Origin: Mytilus californianus
Lineage: Eukaryota
NCBI RefSeq assembly: GCF_021869535.1
Contig: NW_026262679.1
Coordinates: 30,442,001-30,506,000, forward strand
DNA length: 64,000 nucleotides
Direction of reading: 5' to 3'
In this document: positions 38,601 through 47,600 of the stretch, one piece after another
Position numbering within the stretch: the stretch's first letter is position 1
How the letters are laid out: each line of letters opens with the position of its first letter
Program-made: the position numbers and the translations under genes
The notes under the pieces: generated by a model
What the model was told of the DNA's origin: nothing
The model's input: only the letters and a program-made list of their open reading frames with translations
Databases searched by the model: none

Positions 38601-41600
38601 AAAATGTTGTTTCATTAAATAATGTAATGTTTCGAGACATTGTGGAAATCATCTATCCCATCGCACTTCAAATGAAAGGTACAGCAGAAACAGTAGAGTG
38701 TGCCTCATACATTTTTGTATCTTGACATCTAGAAATTGACAATAAGGCTCGGTCGATAATTCACTTTTACGACATAAGAGATTATTTCAACTTCCCAATG
38801 ACATATGAACAAACCATTTTTATGTAGCAAAATTACAGCATCGGTTGCATATATATGAAGTTTTATATCTACCAGTTGATAAAAAAATGAAAACAACACG
38901 CTATAAATTTCATGCGTCCGAAGCGCTTTTCTAGATTTACCTTCATCAGGAACGCTCTAAGCCGAATATTTGAAAGCCAAGGATGTACAAGGACCGAAAA
39001 CGTTGAAGACCTATCAACCAAAAAGGACATAAAAAATAACAAAATCCATCTAAGGCCAACTTTGCCTGAGGGAGTTGAAACCTTAGTTTCTGTATAATTT
39101 CAAAATGTATAAACTGGCAATTTTAGATAATTTTTGATAAATCATGTCAGTACCGAAGTACTGACTACTGAGCTGATGATACCCTCAGGGACTTATAATC
39201 CACCAGCAGAGTTATCGACTCAGTGCTGTAAAAAAAAAGAAAACAATACGTTATAAATTTCATGCGTCCAAAGCGCTTTTCTGGATTTACCTTCATCAGG
39301 AACGCTCAAAGCCAAATATTTGAAAGCCAAAGATATTCCAGAGCTTGAATTTTCTATCATGTTTACTTTATAATGGGTTTGCTGCTGGCATCAAAACAAT
39401 TACATGAAGGGCTCCAAGTGGTGAAGTAAAAGTTATCATACGATACAAGTTAGTTAGTCGTTTTGGAATATCTGTGTCACAGATGATCAAGGATTTATTT
39501 CAACTATAGCACTCGACATTACCCGATTTTACTTACATGATCAATATGACGGTGACACAGGTGAAGAGGATCTGCGCACCCTTCCGGAGCACCTAAAATT
39601 CCTCTTAGTTTTGGTAAGGTTCGTGTTGCTCACTCTTTTGATTTTATGTTGCGTATTGTAAACTGTTGTTGGTCTTATTGTCGTTTTTCGTTTTCTCAGG
39701 GCGTTGCCAGTTTGTATTAATAAGTTTGACTATTATTTTTGTGTCTTCCGCATCTCTTATAAAACAAGGGATTGCAGTGTCATAAATTTCAACTTATCTT
39801 TATACCATTAAAAGCTGTATTTACTACTACTGATTGCATATGAATACAAACAACCTTCACTTCCTGAGCATTGAAAAAAGAATTCTGTTTCGACATGGTA
39901 AGAAACAAAAATTGGTTTGATTGTAGTCGAAGAAAATAAAAATGTGTTCATCTGTTGAAAACATATCTTTAAACCAATATTAGAAACATTAACCCCCACC
40001 TTTTTAAAGTTTCCCTGAAAGCAATGTATAAGAAACCGAAATAGACAACTTGAATTAACTGAATAACACAACGAGTATTCCATGAAATATTGAATCACCC
40101 AATTATCAGATGTATTATCGTCAGAAATAATGTGTTTGTATTTTTTTGTTTTCAGGTTTGGAAAGATGCAAGTTTTGTAACGAAGATGAGTAAATCTACA
40201 CATGAAAACACATTACGTCATTCACGGTGGTATAGACTGAAGAAATATTTATTTAATTTCTGGAATATCCTAGATGTTCTTTCATATACGCTGACTATCG
40301 TGGCTATATTTGTTCGTGTGTTCAGGTCAACAAAAACAAACAAGACTTACAGACGTTTTTTCAGCATGAGTCTGTTTGCGATGTACATGCGATTTCTTCA
40401 TGTCCTATTGATGTCAAGGAAACTTGGGCCAAAAATTATCATGATCAAAGAAATGGTATGTCACTATAAAGTAATCAGTCACTGCCTACATTCACATTAA
40501 TTATGACATTCATGCATGTAATTTCCATCGAAAAACAACCTTAGGGAATAAATTGCAGGTCAGAGTGATTTCATATCGAATCTCGCATTCATATAATATT
40601 CGTGCGTCCTAAGCGCCTTTCTAGATTTACCTTCATCAGGAACGCTAAAACCTTAAATTTCAACGCAAGCATTTGTAAATATACAAAAAATCGTTAAAAA
40701 TAATATGACAAAAATGAACCGAAGAAATAGCCAAATTCATCTAAGGTCAACTTGCCCGAGGGAATTGGAATCTTAGTTTCTTTTAATTTATTAATTTATC
40801 AACTGGTAACTTGGACCAATCAAGTAATATTTCACGTTTAACGTTTGCTGTCTATTAACTGTTTAGTGTAAATTTCTTTGTTATTTTGGTAGCTCTTTGA
40901 AAAATATAAATAGTGGAAAGATGATGCAACCAAAACCTACTTTAACGTTTTTTTTTTTTCGTACATTGACTGTTCAAACAATGTTTAATTTGTTTGAAAT
41001 ACTAAAGGGTTTCTATCTCATGGCATAGATAGTTTTAGCCAGATTTTGCACTCTCTTTACGAAAATGTTGGTATTCAATGTTCTTCAATTGCACTATCAA
41101 ATGGGCCTTCTTACTTTTCGAATTGCACACCTTTATTGAATCTCAATTACATGCACACGTACATTATTTCGCACGTCTTGTGTACGAAATTACAAGCTGT
41201 GCATTCATTACATAAATGTAGATTAAATCAACCTTTGTTGCATGTCTGATCCTCCTCAACTTCGTTTTTGATTTTTTGCATTCAACTTTGTTGATTCGAG
41301 TGCCACTGATTCATATTTAGGGGATGAAATGTCCATCTGGCGTATTGAATTATAAATTTGATTAGTTTTTACATATGTTTTAAATGGACACTTATAAGTG
41401 ATAACCATGTGTTTTGTTATACGGTCGAAAAATGAAGTAAGATTTATCTGTAAACGTGATATCTTATCTATACGAATTTTGTGTAAAACATTATTTATGT
41501 TTAACTTTCATTTCTATGTAGCAGTAACGAATACTGTATTCAAGCGGCGTCTACAAATTAATTATACATTTCCTAGTTGATACGAATTTCAAGAGCGTGT

Positions 41601-44600
41601 GTATCATATCATGAATTAGTTATTTGTATCACAAATGACCATAGATATTATGTTCAAATTGCCATAGCCAGAGTCCCGCCCTCTCTGGTCGGTTGTGAAT
41701 TTAACAAATGCGATTTATCATCGGTTTAGTACTTGTCATGAACAACGGGTGCCAATATTGAGCCAGGATCCGAGATCACTCACGATTGTCTTGCGTTTTT
41801 CGAACCAGATCTTTTAAACTTCCTTGATAGTTTGCACACATATTGATGTTGTGCATCTCCCATTATTGACTTAATTAGCAATGCTTCAGATCATTCAATA
41901 TTTTGTATTTCTGTATAAAAATATATATATTCCGTCGTTTGAGGAACATTTTGAACAATTAGGCATTTCGAATGATTACACCGTATTATAAAGAATACGA
42001 TTATTGCAGAATTGGTTGTGTCACATTTCATAGGATTTCAGGAAAGCAATATTTTAAAAACTAAGGCAATTGGAACATTTAAAATTTAAATGTAAATTTT
42101 CCTCCCGTGATGGACATGTTACGCTTGCTTTTTGTTATGGAATGTTATTTGGTTCGCTATACTACAGTTGCGTCTCGTATTTAAGGGACAATTTTGTTAT
42201 TCATAGGTTCAATAAATACTAAAATTGTTCATTTTTCTGTATATGGTTGGTTTGAGCCTTACATATTATTATACATTCATGTACTAATTATAACGTTGCT
42301 TTAATAAATATTCTATGAAGTTTTTGAACACATGAAAACATATGAAATCATATGTTGCATATTTTTTCGTGTGCAAGAACCGATAGAATAGTTTTTGGCG
42401 CGTTATTTTTTTAAGAACAAAAATGTTATAATCCTGCTATATGCTCATATGCCTGTCTTAATCATGATCATCGCCTTTTGTCGTCATGTCTTATCGTATA
42501 TCGGGTTTTATTTTCTCGTGTCCTTAATTTTCACTTTGTTCGCGGACGCAAAAGATCGCGAAATTTGACCCCTCGTAAGTTTCCATGTAAATTCCAAGAT
42601 GTATCGCTGTTTCAGCGTTTCATACATATATAGTCATTATATTGTTAACTATCGAGTATACGCCAAATTAATATGTAAGCTATTTTCATCCTAAAAGTTA
42701 ATTAAATTATATATCAAATAAGCCTTTTGTGTTCATTGACAGATCACCAAAATGTGCATATTCAATTAGAATCTCTGTTTTCATAATCATTAAATTGGCT
42801 AATCATACATATTATACCTTTCGGCAACACAGTTACATGTGACTAGTTCAAAATGTTAATTAGCGACGATCTATTGATTGTTGTCATATTCCGAACTCCG
42901 AATTCTATATATTTCAGTTTGTAGTAATTGTATTTATTTGTAATCGATTATCTCTTATTTAATTCATTTTATGTTGTTTACATCTTTAAAAATACAATAC
43001 AGGAATTTTTTCGCGTGTATTTTTCCATTTATCAAAACTTATACACAGTGAAAATTTAACCTCCCCATTTTTTCATCAAATCGCAAAAAAATACGATGGC
43101 AAAAACAACCGGTATCTTAATGCGTTTAGTTATTTATGGAATTAGCTATTAATGTCAGATCTTTGTTTGTTTCTATTAACTTTTAGATACTATATACTAT
43201 GGACGATTTAGTGTTGATTTATTGTTTATTCATAACGACTCTCTTAGCTATTTTGTGTTTATGGGTTGAAATAGATCATGCAAGTCATAAATTTGCCAAA
43301 AATGTTCACATGCCCGTGGCCTTTATATCTGATTTTCATCCCGAGCATTAGCTATGTAAAAATGACAACACATCTATGGCTTGGATGAATTATTTCGATT
43401 CTAATAAAACATACACGGTAATGTTTTTCATCCATATGATTTTCAACCCAAACATTTTCAATTTTCAATTTACAATTTATTTTATTGGCTACTATTTGAC
43501 GTAAAATCCGCAGTTGGTTGTCGTAACTAAGGAGTAAGCTGCCATATTGACTTGCTGCATTTCATTAATGTGCCATTGAGGCAATATATAAGAAAATGAA
43601 CAACAAATATTTCAAAAACTCCCTTTTAAAGATGCATTTTCAAAATTTGAGCTGTACAAGAAAAGTGATAACTTTCAGCTTGGGAGATTTTATTCGTATG
43701 ACGTAATATTTAACGAGGCGTCAATGTGTTAAAATCCTTCATGAAATTTTGCGGAATTTTATTTTATCTTAATTTTATATATTTTTCTAAGCTTTGATAT
43801 TTTGTTCAATTTCAATTTTCTTTGAACATTAATATCACAGGCATTCGTGTTGGGCTCGAATAGATAAGCTAAGTCGACATTACGTAATTACAAAGATGAC
43901 GATACATGTAGATTTACACGGGGTAACTTTTAGCCTTTAAAAATGTGTACAACTGTGAGTCTTCGCTAACTATAGTAATATCGAGATCTTATCACGCTGC
44001 TGTTAAGAAAGTGAAAACCCACATCTTCATTTTACATTTTGATCTTTATGATACTAAGTGTTACGTTATAGTGAAAATAAGTGTCCATTTCTGAAAAAAT
44101 GGAGTGAAGCCAAGTGTTTTCGATGGGACATTTTTATTTTCTTTTATTGTACTATACTAGAACTTCACCCACAAATTGAAAAATCGATATTAGAACTTAA
44201 AACTTTAAACTTGGTCTGCTTAACATTTTGAATGCCTTTGCAGATATTTGAATGCTTAATTCTCATCTTCGAAATAAAGTGCCGACTTTTGTCATCATTT
44301 TCCGCAAAGTATATTTGACCCCTGTGTTCATTTACACGGTATTTTTTTCACTTTCCCATTTGGTCAGATTCTTTTAATCATTTGCATTTGCTTTGCAAAT
44401 GATTTTTTTAATTGGATAATTAGACTGTTTTTCCTTTTTATTATATTTTATGATATATTGGAGTTCAAACTTGTGTATCGTTACTTTTGTTGACTAGTAC
44501 AATGTAGTAAATATCACTTTTTAGTGAAAATGACTTTTATTAGAAAGAGACTATTATTATGTTTTTTTGTCTATTTGCTAATCACATTATGATGCATTTT

Positions 44601-47600
44601 CAGTTAAAGGATCTCTTTCGATTCATTGGAATTTTATTTGTATTTATGATTGGTGTTGGGGTACTGTATCATGCAAATATGTACCCAGCACACACAGATA
44701 TGTGGAGTTCAGTAGATTGGAAGTACTGGAGAATATGGAAAATCATTTATATTCCATACTGGCAAATATATGGTGATTCTATGTTGGAGAAGTTTGACGG
44801 TAAGCTTTCAGTGTATAAAAAAACAAACTATAAACAAAAAAAAGATAGGTACCTCTTACTGAAATCTTAATTTTTCTGACCTAGTTACCCGAGAGATCAG
44901 AGAGTAGGGCACATTCTAGGTGTTAATCTTTCAAGTTGAGTTTAAATTCCAATAAGGTGAGATAGATGTTTTTTTAAGTACTAAAAAGCTGCTTTACAAT
45001 TTCGGGGCTTAAAACATTGAAATTACATTTGTAATAATGGCGTTTAAATTCTAACATTAAATTCAAAGAAAACAACACGAACTACAAAAACTGTCGTTCA
45101 ATAGTAGCATTAGTATTTAGATATGAGCTTTACACCTTACCCAAAAATTATTTTTATACCAACGTCTTATACAAAGTTATTGGTGTGGTTCAAATACTGA
45201 ATTTTTTGGGTATGTTGTTGATCTATATAATGATGCTCATTATCCCATTTACGATTGCCTTTTCAGGTAAAATATATCAATTTCTGCATGTTAATGAAAG
45301 TCATCACAGTGATATCATAATCTATATTTCGACACTAAAGTATTAAAAAATATATATCATATTCATAGATTAATAAAATAACATAATTTTAAAGGGATTG
45401 AAGAATCTCGTTTTTGTTAATAATTTTAAGGACTAGAGAATGCTCCATTATACCCTGCTTTTGAACGTGTCTCACTGACAACAATATGATTTAACTTTAT
45501 TTGAAGATAATTATCTTAATTGGTTGTTTCCATTGCGTTACTAACTTAAAACTTTTATTTATGTTAGTACAGTACCTGATGACATATTTTGCAGTTTTCT
45601 AACTGACTTAACAACTGTTAAAGCACAACCACTATTTTTGAAAATACATCATTATCTCATATCTTAAAAATGAAAATCAAACGAAAATAAATGTAGTTTA
45701 TCGATGATTTCACTAATGTGTCTTTCTGTTATTTGCAAAAGAATATGATTAAGGAATATAGTCCATGTATTCATTATTATTCGTGGTATATCCTTTTTGT
45801 AGGTATTGGTAAATCACGAATTTAATTGTGTTACGATACATTTTCTATGGGCTTGTACGGCAGACTTTTGAAAAACTACGAAATAAAAATATCCACGAAA
45901 ATACATTTTTTCTCAATCGACGAAATTCGGTATTCATGAAAATAAATTGATGCACAGAGTATGAATACAGCAAACATTATTGAATTTTCCCCACTTATTG
46001 CTTTCAAACATCGTTTCCATAAAGTTTCAAGGTTGTGAAAATTCCACAATCAAAATATTTCAGAAAATAGTAATACGCCATGTACCACAATACAGAGCGA
46101 ATGGGAGAATAATCCTGACATGGAACGGTGCAATGAGTATGATTGGATACTTGTTGTAATTACTGCTTTGTATATGTTGATGTCAAATCTCCTCCTTGTC
46201 AATCTTCTGATAGCAGTGTTCAGGTTTGTTACTTTTTGTATTACAAGCAAGTTCAACATTTCCCGAAAAAAGATTTTCGATTTAACATTTAAATCGTTAA
46301 AAATTATAATCTGGGGTATTTTTGCTATTTTACTTTAAATTCGTCAAAGGCTATTTCAAACGTCTCTACATCATTGCTATATATAAAAAGAAATATGAGG
46401 CGTATGCTAATTTTTGCAGTTGAATTTGATCTGATTTGAAGACTATATGTTTGTTATAACATTTTACGTATCTGACTTCAATAACTAGTTTGTCGACACC
46501 TATGTTTCTTAGGCCTTAATTAGGTTGAAATCCGTACGATTATGTCAAATTAAACAAAAATCCCATTTTTTTTTTGAGCTATTTGAGAAGTAAAAATCAA
46601 CGCTTTAGAATAACTTTCGCACATGTTTACATCAATTTAAAACAATTTTTATTATGAAACATTGATTTTAATAATCGAGGCCAAACATTGCCCTTACCGA
46701 ACTTACTCCTTAAACTGATAAGTTGTGTATCTTCTTTGATGTGAATTACTGTTGGTTATAATTATTTAATGTAAATATTGATTAGAGATGTCACAGAGAA
46801 CGTCTTTCATTCGATACTTTGACAATTTTAAAAGTATTACGTTCTCGTTGTATGGGGAAAACATTTCTGCAAAAGCTTTTATTCAAAATAATAACCCGTA
46901 TCTCTAATGCTATATTTGATGCTACTTACCTTCAGCTATCGATTTGAACGGGTCCAGGAAAACTCAGAGAAATTGTGGCGATATTTGAGATATGAAGTCA
47001 TTATGGATTACCGAACTAGAATACCTGCTCCCGTTAACCTTGTGATCAGACCAATATACATCGCATACAGATTCATCAGGTGGATTAAGAATCGAATAAA
47101 GAAGGACAAAAAACAAGACGAAAAAGCTGCTTCTTGTGAGTATGTTTTAGGTGTTAATTGCCTTTAATTATTAAGTCGACAATAAGGAAATGACAAATTA
47201 AGGTCACAAACAGAAATTGAGGGAATAGCACGAACTATAAAAAGGAGCGAAACCGGGTGCGTCGGAAGAATAAGCATCTCCTGCTATGCATGCATTTTCC
47301 ACTAAGCGAATACACACTTTGAATTCTGTCTAAACTGTTTAATGTATACTATACAAACATCTTATTAAATTCTAAGCGGGTAGGCTAACATAAACAACAT
47401 TGCTGATATATATGCTATTTCTAAGTGAAAAAAATCCAGATATATGTACATTTCACCTTTTCCAATAGTAACTTGTACAACAATTTATAATGCAATGTGA
47501 TGAATAACGAATATTTTGCTTTAAAACGGCAATTTATACTGTTTAAGGTCGGAGTTAAGGCACAACGTTGCAAATTTGCAGTCTCATTTACGCGATTCAT

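Larger units (their letters stand above)
38881..39331 (-). mobile_element. Non-LTR retrozyme, about 1.3 tandem units of 350 nt, nested in a Penelope-like RT relic
   Basis: Direct repeat of aacaa(c/t)acg(c/t)tataaatttcatgcgtcc...tttgaaagccaa at 350-nt spacing; interrupts the RT codons for QLI|RYSRA. Confidence 0.85.
38250..39760 (+). mobile_element. Decayed Penelope-like (Naiad-type) RT plus family B tail, split by the retrozyme
   Basis: KRRYKYL, DTNCAP, FNFTFRY, HLEIDN, QLI|RYSRA motifs with frameshifts; tail at 39560-39760. Confidence 0.8.
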
